This document shows positions 11,235 through 21,654 of a stretch of DNA of 64,000 nucleotides, in pieces. A model generated the notes under the pieces. The model saw only the letters and a program-made list of their open reading frames with translations. It did no database searches and had not been told where the DNA came from. Within the stretch, counting starts at the first letter, position 1; each line of letters begins with the position of its first letter. Position numbers and translations under genes: made by a program. The stretch comes from Alphaproteobacteria bacterium (GTDB lineage: Bacteria > Pseudomonadota > Alphaproteobacteria > UBA2966), in the NCBI GenBank assembly GCA_964291395.2, contig OZ219856.1, positions 2,272,001 through 2,336,000 on the forward strand, given 5' to 3'.

Positions 11235-13658
11235 CTACCGTTCGAAGGCCTTGGCCGGGGTAAACCGTGATTCGGTCAGGGGCAACGCGCCGAACGATGT
11301 CGAGACTCGCTCCTCGGCCGCCGCCGTGTACAACGTCGTTCTCTGGGCAGGGGTCCGCCCCAGGTCACGAATCAGTGCTTCCATCCGCTCGGGCGGCATC
11401 TCTTGGCCATGGGATGCTCCAGCCGCCCGGCTGATGCTCTCATTCATGAGCGTGCCCCCGAGATCGTTGGCGCCGGCCTCGAGACAGGCTTTGGCCCCTC
11501 GAGGCCCCATCTTCACCCATGAAACCTGAATGTTGACGATGTGAGGGTTGAGCGCGAGACGCGCGACCGCATGCATCAGAATCGCCTCTCTCGAGGTGGG
11601 ACCGCGCCTGGCCCGCCCTTTGAGATAGATAGGCGCTTCCATGTGCACGAACGGGAGCGGAACGAATTCGGTGAATCCGCCGCTCTCAGCTTGCAGCGAC
11701 CGGAGGCGTATCAGGTGACGCGCCCAGTGCCGGTAACCCTCGACATGTCCGAACATGATCGTCGAGGTCGAGCGCAGCCCGAGCCGGTGGGCCGTCCGCA
11801 TGACATCCAGCCACTCCCCTGTCGTGACCTTGTCGGGGCAGATAACGTCCCGAACCTCGTCGTCGAGGATCTCCGCCGCCGTACCCGGCAACGTTCCCAA
11901 CCCCGCCTCGATCAACCGCTCAAGATATTCGGGAACCCCGGTTTCCAACGTGCTCGCCCCTTGCACGATCTCCAGGGGCGTGAAGGCGTGCACGTGGATC
12001 CCCGGCGCGGCGTCCTTGGCGGTCTTGCAAATGTCAAGGTAGGTCCGGCCGGTGTAGCTTGGGTGAATACCGCCCTGCATGCAGACCTCGGTGGCGCCGC
12101 GATCCCACGCCTCGGCCGTGCGCCGCGCTATCTCATCGAGGTCGACGACATAGGGCCGGCCACGCAGGCTCTCGCTGAGCTTACCCTTCGAGAAGGCGCA
12201 GAACTGGCAGCGGAAAGAACACACGTTCGTATAGTTGATGTTTCGATTTACCGCGTACGTCACGGTATCACCCACGGTCTCCCGTCGAAGGGAGTCCGCC
12301 GACCGGCAGACCGCCTCGAACTCGGCTCCGCGAGTGCCGAACAGCTGCACGATTTCGTCTTCGGTCAACCCGTCCCCGCGTTTGCCGCGCGCCAGTATCC
12401 GGTCGATCCCGGACGTGATTCGGGCCGTCACGGGACCCATGCTCTCGCATCGGATATCGATTCGCAGCGGCTCCGTCGTCCCGGGCGACCACGGATCCGT
12501 TCTGGCGAGACCCGCCGCATCGATGGAGCGGGTGACAGCCGGCCGGAACTTTGGCGCCAGCCACCGGCCGGCGTTCACCGCGTAGGCCGGGTAGATCGCC
12601 AACCGCTCGACAAGCTCCTTACCGCAAGCGCGCGTCCGGCCGGCCAACCGGTCGAGGTGCGGCCACGGCGCTTCGGGATTCACGAAATCAGGGGTTACGG
12701 GCGAAACGCCCCCCCAATCGTTGATGCCGGCCGCGATGAGGCGCGACGTGATCCCGGGACTCAGGTTGGGCGGTGCCTGGATGTTGGCATGCGGCCCCAA
12801 GATCAACCGGGCCATGGCCACGGTCCAGAGGAGCTCCTCCGCAGCGGGTTCGGGCGCGTCCGCCATGCGCGTATCCGGCTTGGCACGGAAATTCTGGACG
12901 ATGACTTCCTGGATGTGATCGAACGAGTCGTGCAGATCGCGGATCGCCAACAGCGTGTCGATGCGTTCCTCGCGAGTCTCGCCGATCCCGATCAGGATTC
13001 CCGTCGTCATCGGCACCGATGCTTCCCCCGCCATTCTCAACGTTTCGAGCCGCACAGCCGGCTTCTTGTCGGGCGAACCATGGTGCGGCCCGCCCTTCTC
13101 GCAAAGCCGTTCCGACGCACTTTCCAGCATCAAGCCTTGAGAAACGGACACTTCGCGCAGGGCCACGATGTCGTCGTGGCTCATGACGCCGGGATTGACG
13201 TGGGGCAACAAGCCCGTCTCGTCGAAGACGAGCTTCGCGACTTCCGCCAGATACGACAGCGTCGTCGCGTGCCCCAACTCGTCGAGGGCGCGGCGAGCCG
13301 CGCCGTACCGCAACTCCGGCTTGTCACCGAGCGTGAACAACGCCTCCTTGCAGCCCGCCTCGACGCCCTTTCGCGCGACCGCCAGCACCTCGTTCCAGGA
13401 CATGTAAACGACGGCACCTTTTCGCGGCGGCTCGGCGAACGTGCAGTAATGGCAGACGTCCCGGCAGAGATGGGTCAACGGTATGAAGACCTTGCGCGAA
13501 TACGAGACGATTCCGCCGTGGCCCTCATCGCGCAGGTCGGCAGCAACTCCCATGAGCTCGGGAAGAGGCACGCTCGCACCGACAGCGAGCGCGCCGTCGC
13601 GATCGAGAGCCGTTCCCAGCCGCGACCGATCCAGGAGATAGCGGGAATGCGGAGTCAC
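11235..13658 (-). CDS. fbiC: FO synthase, fused CofG-CofH dual radical-SAM enzyme
   Basis: Two CxxxCxxC motifs (CRDVCHYC, CSFRCQFC), INDWGGVSPVTPDFVNPEAPWP, NDLGGTLMNESISRAAG. GTG start overlaps the cofC stop (GTGA). Confidence 0.96.
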   Translation of the reverse strand: MTPHSRYLLDRSRLGTALDRDGALAVGASVPLPELMGVAADLRDEGHGGIVSYSRKVFIPLTHLCRDVCHYCTFAEPPRKGAVVYMSWNEVLAVARKGVEAGCKEALFTLGDKPELRYGAARRALDELGHATTLSYLAEVAKLVFDETGLLPHVNPGVMSHDDIVALREVSVSQGLMLESASERLCEKGGPHHGSPDKKPAVRLETLRMAGEASVPMTTGILIGIGETREERIDTLLAIRDLHDSFDHIQEVIVQNFRAKPDTRMADAPEPAAEELLWTVAMARLILGPHANIQAPPNLSPGITSRLIAAGINDWGGVSPVTPDFVNPEAPWPHLDRLAGRTRACGKELVERLAIYPAYAVNAGRWLAPKFRPAVTRSIDAAGLARTDPWSPGTTEPLRIDIRCESMGPVTARITSGIDRILARGKRGDGLTEDEIVQLFGTRGAEFEAVCRSADSLRRETVGDTVTYAVNRNINYTNVCSFRCQFCAFSKGKLSESLRGRPYVVDLDEIARRTAEAWDRGATEVCMQGGIHPSYTGRTYLDICKTAKDAAPGIHVHAFTPLEIVQGASTLETGVPEYLERLIEAGLGTLPGTAAEILDDEVRDVICPDKVTTGEWLDVMRTAHRLGLRSTSTIMFGHVEGYRHWARHLIRLRSLQAESGGFTEFVPLPFVHMEAPIYLKGRARRGPTSREAILMHAVARLALNPHIVNIQVSWVKMGPRGAKACLEAGANDLGGTLMNESISRAAGASHGQEMPPERMEALIRDLGRTPAQRTTLYTAAAEERVSTSFGALPLTESRFTPAKAFER

Positions 13659-14365
13659 TTCGTCGCCCCGACAGCCACGGCGCTCCCTTGCGGCCCCACG
13701 GCGGTACCGCCGAGCCATCGGTGGAAACGGCCCGGCACACCGGCGTCCGCCAGGAATTCCTGCGCGCGGGTACGGGTGGGTTCACGCATCAAGAAATCGA
13801 GATCATCCGACGTATCGACATCGAGGGCGAGATTGGGCAGCTCGATCGTGAGCGGCGAGATTCCGGCCTCGCGCGCGGCATCGAGGTGCGGATAAAAGCT
13901 ATTCCTACCGAATCTCAAGGTCACGCATCCCGGGGGCGATAGAACGACGCAATTCGAGCCCCGATGGTCTCGCGCCGGGACGATCGTCATCGCGGGCGCG
14001 TCGCCATGTGCCGCTACCACGGACCGAACGTCGCGCGGCAGAACCAGGGGCACGTCACCAGGGACGGTCAGGACATCCTTTACGCCCTCGTCCTTCAAGA
14101 CTCGGTTCGCCGACACGACGGCAACCGTTTGCCCTTCGTTCCGCGGCTCCGTGAGGATCCGTGCTCCGAGGTCGGCGCACAACTCCTTTGCTTCTGCATC
14201 GCGCGTGATCACCGCGACTCCCTCGAGCTCCGAAACCGCGAGGAGGGTTCGCAGCACGTCCTCGGCCATGATCCTCGCCAGAGCGCGACGCTCGGACGGA
14301 CTCAGGATGCGCGACAGGCGCTCCTTGGCATTCGTGAAGTCCTTGATGGGGACTACAGCCCACAT
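13655..14365 (-). CDS. cofC: 2-phospho-L-lactate/PEP guanylyltransferase
   Basis: VPIKDFTNAKERLS, PGDVP, RGSN, FGRNSF, LDVDTSDDL; operon context. Confidence 0.93.
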   Translation of the reverse strand: MWAVVPIKDFTNAKERLSRILSPSERRALARIMAEDVLRTLLAVSELEGVAVITRDAEAKELCADLGARILTEPRNEGQTVAVVSANRVLKDEGVKDVLTVPGDVPLVLPRDVRSVVAAHGDAPAMTIVPARDHRGSNCVVLSPPGCVTLRFGRNSFYPHLDAAREAGISPLTIELPNLALDVDTSDDLDFLMREPTRTRAQEFLADAGVPGRFHRWLGGTAVGPQGSAVAVGATK

Positions 14366-14374
14366 GATCGAACG

Positions 14375-15391
14375 CTATCGGGAAGCACGGCCGCCGCCGC
14401 TCGGCCTTGATATTTGATCGCAGAATTCAAGCACGTCGCGGGCGAGCATAACCCGATCATCGAGAGAGTCCATCATCGTGTTCGTGGTCAACGCGTCGAT
14501 TCCCAATGCCTTCACCCGCGAGGCCAATTTCGCGTCCGCCGTGTCGAGAACGAAACCGTCGACGAAGTCCTCATAATGGAGTGCGATGGCCACCGGCGAG
14601 ACTTCGACATCCAATTCGCGCATCATTTTTGCCGTGGGGCCCTTGATCGAGTCCCCCCCGACGATCGGGGTCACCGCGACAACGGGCGCTCGGCACATGC
14701 GCAACGCCCCGCGAATTCCCGGAACCGCGAGTATGGGATCGATGCTGACGAACGGGTTGGACGGTGCCACGATCACCGCGCGCAACCCTTCGACGGCAAG
14801 GGCATCCAAAAGCTCGGCACTGGCTGCCGCGGTCTCCGCGCCGTCATAATCGAACCTCCGGACTACGGGTTGGCAGCGGTCACGCACGAAGTAGTGCTGG
14901 AAAGGCAGCCGGCTTTCGACCGTCTCGACAACCGTAGAGACCGGATCGTCGCTCATGGGCAGAATCCGCGCCGCCACACCGAGGCGCCGACAGACGTCGC
15001 GTGTGATGGAGCTCAAGCGCTCGCCAGCGGCGAGACGCCGCGTCCGCGCCACATGCATGGCGAGATCCTTGTCGCCCAGGAAAAACCAAGTGTCCTCGCC
15101 CAAAGCCTCGATCGCCTCCATGAAGTTTCCCGACTCCCCTGCCCGGCCCCACCCGGTGTCGGGGTTGTCGAGGCCTGAAAGTGTGTAGACGAGCGTGTCG
15201 ATGTCCGGACACACCCGGAGGCCCAGATGATCGAAATCGTCACCGGTGTTTGCCACGATCGTGAGAGCCGCAGAATTCACGAAATGTGACAGGCCGAGCA
15301 CGAGTTTGGCCCCTCCGACGCCGCCAGAGAGGACGACGACCGGCGCGGAGTCCGGCGGACGATTCCGGGCGGGCATCCGTCCAGCCGTCAC
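14375..15391 (-). CDS. cofD: 2-phospho-L-lactate transferase (FbiA/CofD)
   Basis: LSGGVGGAKL, NTGDDF, CPDIDT, WFFLGDKD, APSNPFVSIDPIL, KGPTAKMM. Start is GTG 15391 or ATG 15376. Confidence 0.95.
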   Translation of the reverse strand: MTAGRMPARNRPPDSAPVVVLSGGVGGAKLVLGLSHFVNSAALTIVANTGDDFDHLGLRVCPDIDTLVYTLSGLDNPDTGWGRAGESGNFMEAIEALGEDTWFFLGDKDLAMHVARTRRLAAGERLSSITRDVCRRLGVAARILPMSDDPVSTVVETVESRLPFQHYFVRDRCQPVVRRFDYDGAETAAASAELLDALAVEGLRAVIVAPSNPFVSIDPILAVPGIRGALRMCRAPVVAVTPIVGGDSIKGPTAKMMRELDVEVSPVAIALHYEDFVDGFVLDTADAKLASRVKALGIDALTTNTMMDSLDDRVMLARDVLEFCDQISRPSGGGRASR

Positions 15392-16176
15392 CGGAACAGA
15401 TCTTCCTCGGAATCCCGAATGAGCGCGCCGGCATCCGTCGGCGAGCCGGAAAAGGTCATCCCGCGGACGACGACAAATGGCGTTCCCTCGTCGGCCTGCC
15501 CTTGCAGAAGGGAGGCCGCGGAGGCGATTTCGTCCGCCAAACCAATCTGCGTCACCTCCAAGGGACGTCCGAAGAGATCTTCCCGACCACGGATGTCCAT
15601 CAGGGCCGGTAGCCCCGAGGACCCGAGAGCCACGCCCGTCGTGCCATTGCGCCACGCGCGGCCCAGACTGTCGTTGATGACGACCGCGACGGTCGCTCCA
15701 CCGAGATCATGCAGCCCTTGCCGGATGCGTTCGCAACTCGCGTTGGGATCCTCGGGCAGGAGAAGAACCCTTTCGCCCTCCTTCTCCGGTCCCACGTTGG
15801 AGCGGTCGATGCCAGCGTTGGCGAGGACAAATCCCAATCGATGCACGACGATCAGGACCCCTTGGCGATAACGCAAGACACGATCGCTCTCCGACAGAAT
15901 CAGCTCTACGAGTCGGGCGTCCTTGTCGGTTTCCCGTGCCAGCCCGAGCGCCTTTTCCGAGGGCGTCACTTCGTCAAGCACGAAAAACCGGTTCTCCGAC
16001 TTGGAGACGACTTTCTGAGCGATGACGACGACATCGCCGTCCCGCAAGGACTCGTTCGCGTGTGCAATACCTTCCGCGATCAGGGCAGCGATGTCGTCGC
16101 CGGGTTCCACCAGGGGAACGCCCGGCAAAGCGAACAGACTGAGAGAGAGAGGAGCCACGTGGCTGCGACCCCGCAA
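15388..16176 (-). CDS. cofE: Coenzyme F420-0:L-glutamate ligase (single domain, no nitroreductase fusion)
   Basis: AQKVVSKSEN, ANAGIDRSN, DSLGRAWRNG, DLFGRPL, ADEIASAA, EDLFR C-terminus. Confidence 0.95.
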   Translation of the reverse strand: MRGRSHVAPLSLSLFALPGVPLVEPGDDIAALIAEGIAHANESLRDGDVVVIAQKVVSKSENRFFVLDEVTPSEKALGLARETDKDARLVELILSESDRVLRYRQGVLIVVHRLGFVLANAGIDRSNVGPEKEGERVLLLPEDPNASCERIRQGLHDLGGATVAVVINDSLGRAWRNGTTGVALGSSGLPALMDIRGREDLFGRPLEVTQIGLADEIASAASLLQGQADEGTPFVVVRGMTFSGSPTDAGALIRDSEEDLFR

Positions 16177-16860
16177 CTATTGATCGGCGTCGCCACGGGA
16201 CTCGCCGGTAATCCGAATTCCGGCACCGTCGATCTCGTAGGTTCTGTTCAGGAAGATCAGCACCGATGTCAGGGCCTCGGCCACTGCCGAGTTGTCCACG
16301 GGGCCCGCATGCCAACCCTTCATGCCGGCGGCTTCGACGAGTTCGAGCACCGTTTCACGTGCCGCCTTGTCGTTGCCGCTGACCAGGACGTCGCAATCGA
16401 TATCGTGCTCGATATTGGCCAAGTGGCCGGCCGCGACATTTTGAAAGGCTGAGACCACGCGTACATCCTCACCGAGAAACTCCTGCGATCTGCCCGCCGC
16501 AGACCCTTCGGGCGGCAACTGCACCCGGCTCACCTTGGGTGGCACGAGAGGTACCGTGACATCCACGAAAATCTTGCCTTGAACCGCGTCCTTGACGGTC
16601 TTGAGCATGACATGGTGATTGGCGAAGGGAACCGTGAGGACGACGATATCGGCGGCCGTCGCCGCCTCTACGTTTTCCAGTCCGCGCACAGTGCCCGAGA
16701 ACCCAAACTCCGTCAGTTTGTTGGCTGCGTCCTCCGCCTTCTCCCTGGTACGAGAGCCGATGGTAATGTCGTAACCTGCGTTGAGCCAACGGACGGCGAG
16801 ACCCCATCCGAGGTCGCCAGTGCCGCCGAGTATCGCGAGGGTGGGTCCGGTATCAGTCAT
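16177..16860 (-). CDS. npdG: F420H2:NADP+ oxidoreductase (Fno)
   Basis: ILGGTGDLGWGLA, GSR, LTVPF, VSAFQNVAA, EALTSVLI, AGIRITG. Confidence 0.93.
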   Translation of the reverse strand: MTDTGPTLAILGGTGDLGWGLAVRWLNAGYDITIGSRTREKAEDAANKLTEFGFSGTVRGLENVEAATAADIVVLTVPFANHHVMLKTVKDAVQGKIFVDVTVPLVPPKVSRVQLPPEGSAAGRSQEFLGEDVRVVSAFQNVAAGHLANIEHDIDCDVLVSGNDKAARETVLELVEAAGMKGWHAGPVDNSAVAEALTSVLIFLNRTYEIDGAGIRITGESRGDADQ

Positions 16861-17060
16861 TTCGTCTCCATGCCCAGTCAGCGCGGTGCCGACTTCTAGC
16901 ATCCCGGCACGGTCCGGAACACACCGGCGACGCCTCCCGATTCATCGGGGTCGGGCTTGGAGGCCAGCCCCATGCTACAGTCACGGCCACGAGGGCGGGA
17001 CCTTCCCTTACCAACGGGGGACGGACGATTCGGAATGCCTACGGTTTGAAGGACGACGAC

Positions 17061-18044
17061 ATGGAATTCGGCTTTTACCTCCCGACGCGCGGACCACTCA
17101 GCACACCCGAGCACATGACGGCGCTGGCCACCAGGGGCGAGGAGCTGGGCTACGGCTACATCGCCGTGACTGATCACGTCGTCGTGCCGCGCAGCGTGGA
17201 GTCCAGATACCCTTATACCGACCAGGGCGACTGGCCCGCGGCACGGTTCGGTGATTTCCACGACCAATTGACGGTTCTCGCCTATCTCGCCGGACAAACC
17301 AGCACGGCCCGCCTCCTGACTTCGGTCATGGTCGCGCCACATCGGGCACCGGTGCTCGCGGCAAAGATGTTGTCCACGATCGATGTCTTGTCACATGGTC
17401 GCCTCACGGTTGGCGTCGGCGCGGGTTGGTGCAAGGAGGAGTTCGAGGCAGTGGGGGCGCCACCGCATGCCGAGCGCGGCAAGGTCACCGACGAATATGT
17501 CCGCGTGTTCAGGGAACTTTGGAGCGCCGATGACCCGGAATTCCACGGCGACTACGCGGACTTCGCTGATATCACGTGCCTCCCCCGTCCCATCCAGCGG
17601 CCGGGACCGCCGATCTGGGTGGGGGGCGAAAGCAAGCCTGCCCTGCGTCGTGTCGTCCGGGTCGGCGACGGCTGGCTTCCCATCGCTCACAATCCGAACT
17701 TCCCCCTCGACACCCGTGAACGCTACGAGACGGCCCTGGGCGATTTGGGACGTCTCGCCGAAGATGCGGGAAGGAGCATAGACGACATCGAACTCGCCTT
17801 TTTCATCATGCAGTGGGGATCGGAACCCAGCGATCCCTTGCCGCCGATGGGCACGAACGGTCCGGCGACGGACGGGAACCGCCGCCTCATGACGGGGTCG
17901 GCGGAGCAGATGGCGGCGGACGTCAAGGCGTTGGAACGACTCGGCGTCACGGCGCTCACGCTGAGCTTCGAACGCTCGGGCCTTTCCGAAACCATGGATT
18001 GCATGGAAGCGTTCGCCCGCGACATCATCCCGCTTGCAGCCTAG
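17061..18044 (+). CDS. LLM-class F420-dependent oxidoreductase (Rv2161c-like), paralog 1
   Basis: FYLPTRGP, TDHVVVP...YPY, GVGAGWCKEEF, PPIWVGGES; adjacent to the cof operon. Confidence 0.9.
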   Translation: MEFGFYLPTRGPLSTPEHMTALATRGEELGYGYIAVTDHVVVPRSVESRYPYTDQGDWPAARFGDFHDQLTVLAYLAGQTSTARLLTSVMVAPHRAPVLAAKMLSTIDVLSHGRLTVGVGAGWCKEEFEAVGAPPHAERGKVTDEYVRVFRELWSADDPEFHGDYADFADITCLPRPIQRPGPPIWVGGESKPALRRVVRVGDGWLPIAHNPNFPLDTRERYETALGDLGRLAEDAGRSIDDIELAFFIMQWGSEPSDPLPPMGTNGPATDGNRRLMTGSAEQMAADVKALERLGVTALTLSFERSGLSETMDCMEAFARDIIPLAA

Positions 18045-18090
18045 ACGGCAGGCGCTCAAGGCCGCCGAAGCGCAGGACGGGGAGACCTGT

Positions 18091-19074
18091 ATGAAGATCG
18101 GGTTCTACGTTCCCACGCGGGGACCATTGAGCACGCCGGAGAACATGTCGGCCCTAGCCAGGAAGGGCGAGTCGCTTGGATTCGATTTCCTTTCCATGAC
18201 AGATCATCTGGTCGTGCCGCGAAGCCGAGTCTCGGACTATCCCTACACGAGAGACGGTAACTGGCTGCCGGGACTCTTCGGGGATTTCGTCGATCAACTC
18301 ACGGCCATGGCGTTCGTCGCCGGCCAGACAGAAACCGTCCGGCTGCTGACCTCGGTGCTCGTGCTGCCGCACCGGTCGCCTGTTCCGACCGCGAAAGCCC
18401 TCGCGAGTCTCGACTATCTGTCCGGAGGGCGTCTCTCCGTCGGTTGCGGAGCCGGATGGATGAAGGAGGAATTCGAGGCGGTGGGTGCCCCGCCGCACCC
18501 CGAGCGCGGGAGGGTCGCAGACGAATACATCCGAGTCTTCAAGGAGCTCTGGACCAACGACGATCCGGAATTTCACGGAGACTACGCGAATTTTTCCGAC
18601 ATTACGTTCGAGCCGAAACCCGTTCAGAAACCACACCCGCCGATCCTGATCGGCGGCGAGAGCCCGCCGGCCATGCGCCGTGCCGCGACACTGGGCGATG
18701 GCTGGATCCCCATGGCCCATAACACCAGGGTCCCCCTCGATACGTTCGAGCGGTTGAAGACCTATGTGAGCAAACTCCACGGACTCGCTGAAGGCGCCGA
18801 TCGTGACTCGACGTCGCTCCGGGTCACATGGTTCGTGCTGTGGTGGGGGACGGAACCGGGCGAGCCGCTCCAACCGATGGAAGCCGACGAACCGTTCCCG
18901 GGTGGCGCCCGTCGGCTCCTGAGCGGCAGCGCGCAGCAGATGAAGGACGACATGGCGGCAATGGAGGAAATCGGCGTCCAGTCCATCATCGTCAACTTCG
19001 AGCGGGAGACCATCGAGGCCTCGCTCGAAGGCATGGAGGCGTACGCGGCCGAGTTCATCCGGAAAGGCGCCTGA
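18091..19074 (+). CDS. LLM-class F420-dependent oxidoreductase, paralog 2
   Basis: FYVPTRGP, TDHLVVP, GCGAGWMKEEF, PKPVQKPHPPILIGGES. Confidence 0.9.
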   Translation: MKIGFYVPTRGPLSTPENMSALARKGESLGFDFLSMTDHLVVPRSRVSDYPYTRDGNWLPGLFGDFVDQLTAMAFVAGQTETVRLLTSVLVLPHRSPVPTAKALASLDYLSGGRLSVGCGAGWMKEEFEAVGAPPHPERGRVADEYIRVFKELWTNDDPEFHGDYANFSDITFEPKPVQKPHPPILIGGESPPAMRRAATLGDGWIPMAHNTRVPLDTFERLKTYVSKLHGLAEGADRDSTSLRVTWFVLWWGTEPGEPLQPMEADEPFPGGARRLLSGSAQQMKDDMAAMEEIGVQSIIVNFERETIEASLEGMEAYAAEFIRKGA

Positions 19075-19203
19075 AGATCGGATCGGCGCAGCGCCGGTTG
19101 AAACCGAACCACGGCGGCGCTACGTGGATGGGAAAGCGGGCCCGCCCCACGGCACCGAACGCCCGTCGCGGGGCAACTGTGAGATCATGAAACTGGAAAC
19201 CCG

Positions 19204-20019
19204 ATGAACGAAGTCTCCAATGAGCCAATTCACGCCTACCACAACGAAGGATTCCTGGGCAGCAAGGACGCCCGGGCACTGCGAATCCTTTCCGAATATC
19301 TCGAACCCAACAGCCGGTTTCAGTACCATCATGTGGGCGACACGATCGTTTTAATGGGTTCCGCACGGATCCTGCCACGTGATGAGGCGCAAGCACGCCT
19401 GAAGCGCGCCGAGGCCGGTGACGGCGACCTGGGGCGAGCGCGTACCGATCTGGAGATGTCCCGATACTACGAAGCCTCTCGCACTCTGGCATCTCGGCTT
19501 ACCGAATGGTCGAAGACGCTCGACGAGAGCGAACGCCGCTTCGTCATCTGCACGGGCGGCGGCCCGGGCATCATGGAAGCGGGCAACCGGGGGGCCTCCG
19601 AAGCGGGTGGCATGAACGTCGGGCTCACCATCTCGATCCCCAAGGAGGAATTCAAGAACGAATACGTCACGCGGGAGCTGGGATTCCATTTTCACTACTT
19701 CTTCATGCGCAAGTTCTGGTTCACCTATCTCGCCAAGGCCGTCGTGGTTTTTCCCGGGGGCTATGGAACCCTCGATGAGCTGTTCGAGATCCTCACGCTG
19801 CTGCAAACGGGTAAGATCCGGAAACATCTGCCCGTGGTCCTGTTCGGGACCGGGTACTGGAACGAGGTGATCGATTTCGAGGCGCTGGCCAAGTACGGCT
19901 GTATCGACCGGGAGGACATCGACCTCGTCTTCCGAACGGACTCCGTCGACGAGGCCCAAGACTTCATCGTACGCGAACTGACCGAGCACGCGATCGGAGA
20001 ACCCGGCGCCATGCTGTAG
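19204..20019 (+). CDS. LOG-family nucleotide phosphoribohydrolase
   Basis: TGGGPGIMEAGNRGA, YFFMRKFWF, PGGYGTLDE signature. Confidence 0.92.
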   Translation: MNEVSNEPIHAYHNEGFLGSKDARALRILSEYLEPNSRFQYHHVGDTIVLMGSARILPRDEAQARLKRAEAGDGDLGRARTDLEMSRYYEASRTLASRLTEWSKTLDESERRFVICTGGGPGIMEAGNRGASEAGGMNVGLTISIPKEEFKNEYVTRELGFHFHYFFMRKFWFTYLAKAVVVFPGGYGTLDELFEILTLLQTGKIRKHLPVVLFGTGYWNEVIDFEALAKYGCIDREDIDLVFRTDSVDEAQDFIVRELTEHAIGEPGAML

Positions 20020-20071
20020 TAGATACCGGTGCCGCTTGTGGAGGCTGCCCAATTCCCACCGGAAATCGAAC

Positions 20072-20641
20072 ATGAACCACGACCTCAAGCCATGGAAGCT
20101 TTTGGAATCACGGGAAGTCTTCGTGATTCCACGGCGCCTGAGCGTGTCGGCGCATGCGGTGGAACTGCCCAACGGCCGGCGCTATGAGCCGTATTACCGC
20201 GTCGACCTTGCCGACCAGGCCTGGGTCGCGGCCGTGACGAACGACGATCGGTTCATCTGCCAGCGCCAGTACAAGCACGGTCCGGGCCGCATTTCGTTGA
20301 CCCTTCCCGGCGGGATCGTCGATCCGGGAGAGGACCCCCTTGCCGCGGCCCGGAGGGAACTTCTGGAGGAAACGGGATACGCGTGCCAACACTGGCAACA
20401 TCTCGGCACATTCTGCCGCAACAACAACCAGTATTGCGGAGAAGAACATTTCTTCTGGGCAACTGGGGCCGAGTGGAAACAGGAGCCGGATCCGACTCCC
20501 AATCTCGAGGAAATCGAGACCGTGCTTCTGACGCGCGATGAACTCGCCGTCGCCGTAGCGGAAGGAGAAGCGCCGGTTCTTGGACATCTGGCCGGCATAT
20601 TGATGGCGCTCAACCGATCGGCGACGGGTCCGGACGCGTGA
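20072..20641 (+). CDS. NUDIX hydrolase (ADP-ribose pyrophosphatase-like)
   Basis: Nudix box GGIVDPGEDPLAAARRELLEETG; RQYKHG motif. Confidence 0.9.
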   Translation: MNHDLKPWKLLESREVFVIPRRLSVSAHAVELPNGRRYEPYYRVDLADQAWVAAVTNDDRFICQRQYKHGPGRISLTLPGGIVDPGEDPLAAARRELLEETGYACQHWQHLGTFCRNNNQYCGEEHFFWATGAEWKQEPDPTPNLEEIETVLLTRDELAVAVAEGEAPVLGHLAGILMALNRSATGPDA

Positions 20642-20677
20642 CGCCGCGCCCGAATCGTCCGTCCTAGAATCGCGATC

Positions 20678-21130
20678 ATGCGCGTAAGGCCGCGGCGACG
20701 GCGTCCCGCTCGGTATTTCGCATACGGCTCCAACATGCATGTATCGGGCATGCGCATCCGGTGCCCGCGAGCACGCCTCGTCGGCGCGGCGTCGTTACGG
20801 GACTGGGAGTTTTTCATCAACGCCCAGGGATATGCGTCGATCAGGCAGGTTCGAAACTCGACGGTGCATGGCGCGCTTTGGGCCATCGGACCGAGGGAAG
20901 AAACCGCCCTGGATCTCTATGAGGACATCTCGGATCGCCTGTACGAGAGAATCTCGATCGACGTCATCGCGTCGGAATCGGACTCCCGGCATGATGATGT
21001 CCTGACCTACGTGGCCACCGATCGACGGACAGGCCGGCCCCGCGCTGGATACATGCGGATCGTCCACGAAGCAGCCGCCAGCCTCGGCCTGCCAAAGGAC
21101 TATCGAGCGTTCCTTCGCACCTATGGTTAG
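20678..21130 (+). CDS. Gamma-glutamylcyclotransferase (GGCT/AIG2-like)
   Basis: YFAYGSNM, VHGALW, LDLYED (catalytic Glu), LGLPKDY. Confidence 0.88.
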   Translation: MRVRPRRRRPARYFAYGSNMHVSGMRIRCPRARLVGAASLRDWEFFINAQGYASIRQVRNSTVHGALWAIGPREETALDLYEDISDRLYERISIDVIASESDSRHDDVLTYVATDRRTGRPRAGYMRIVHEAAASLGLPKDYRAFLRTYG

Positions 21131-21552
21131 GCGCCGGGTTCCAAATTTCCCCAACTCGTCACCTGCGCGACGCGGATGGCGATCACGGGGAGACCCTGCA
21201 AGGACATATCGCGCAGCTGGGGATACCTGTCGCGGAGGATCTCCTGCGCGCGGTCATGCTCGGTTCCGTCCTCGAGTATGTCGGCGTCCCCCCGCACCAT
21301 CACCCAACCCAGACGCTCCCAGTTCTCGTCGTATCGATCGACGACCAAGGCCACCGCGGGATTTTCCTCAATATTCCTGATACGCTTCAGAGGCCGCCCC
21401 GTCTTCGGTTTTTCGTCGATCGTGATGTATACGTTGCCCATTCCCACCGCGTAGCACACGGGCACGACGTGCGGCTGACCGGTGGCTTCGGCCGTTGCCA
21501 GCCGGCCCACACGATGACTTTCCAGGAATCCGCTTTGCAGCTCGTCGAACAC
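21127..21552 (-). CDS. PPOX-class (split-barrel) F420-dependent oxidoreductase, Rv0121-like
   Basis: C-terminal part of the long 21127..22632 ORF: GRLATA..GQPHVVPVCY, DEKPK, LKRIRNIEENP, DRYDENWERLGWVMVRG. Start approximate. Confidence 0.88.
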   Translation of the reverse strand: MFDELQSGFLESHRVGRLATAEATGQPHVVPVCYAVGMGNVYITIDEKPKTGRPLKRIRNIEENPAVALVVDRYDENWERLGWVMVRGDADILEDGTEHDRAQEILRDRYPQLRDMSLQGLPVIAIRVAQVTSWGNLEPGA

Positions 21553-21654
21553 GGGTACTACCGTACCACGGTCGGCGATTCCCAGCGCTTCGGAGGTTTG
21601 CCCGGGCGGTACCCGCAGTGGCAAAGTATCCGGAAGCCCATCAAGGAGATCGCG

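Noticed and set aside
11541-13895. 784-aa plus-strand ORF
   Set aside because: Antisense shadow of fbiC, typical of high-GC DNA.
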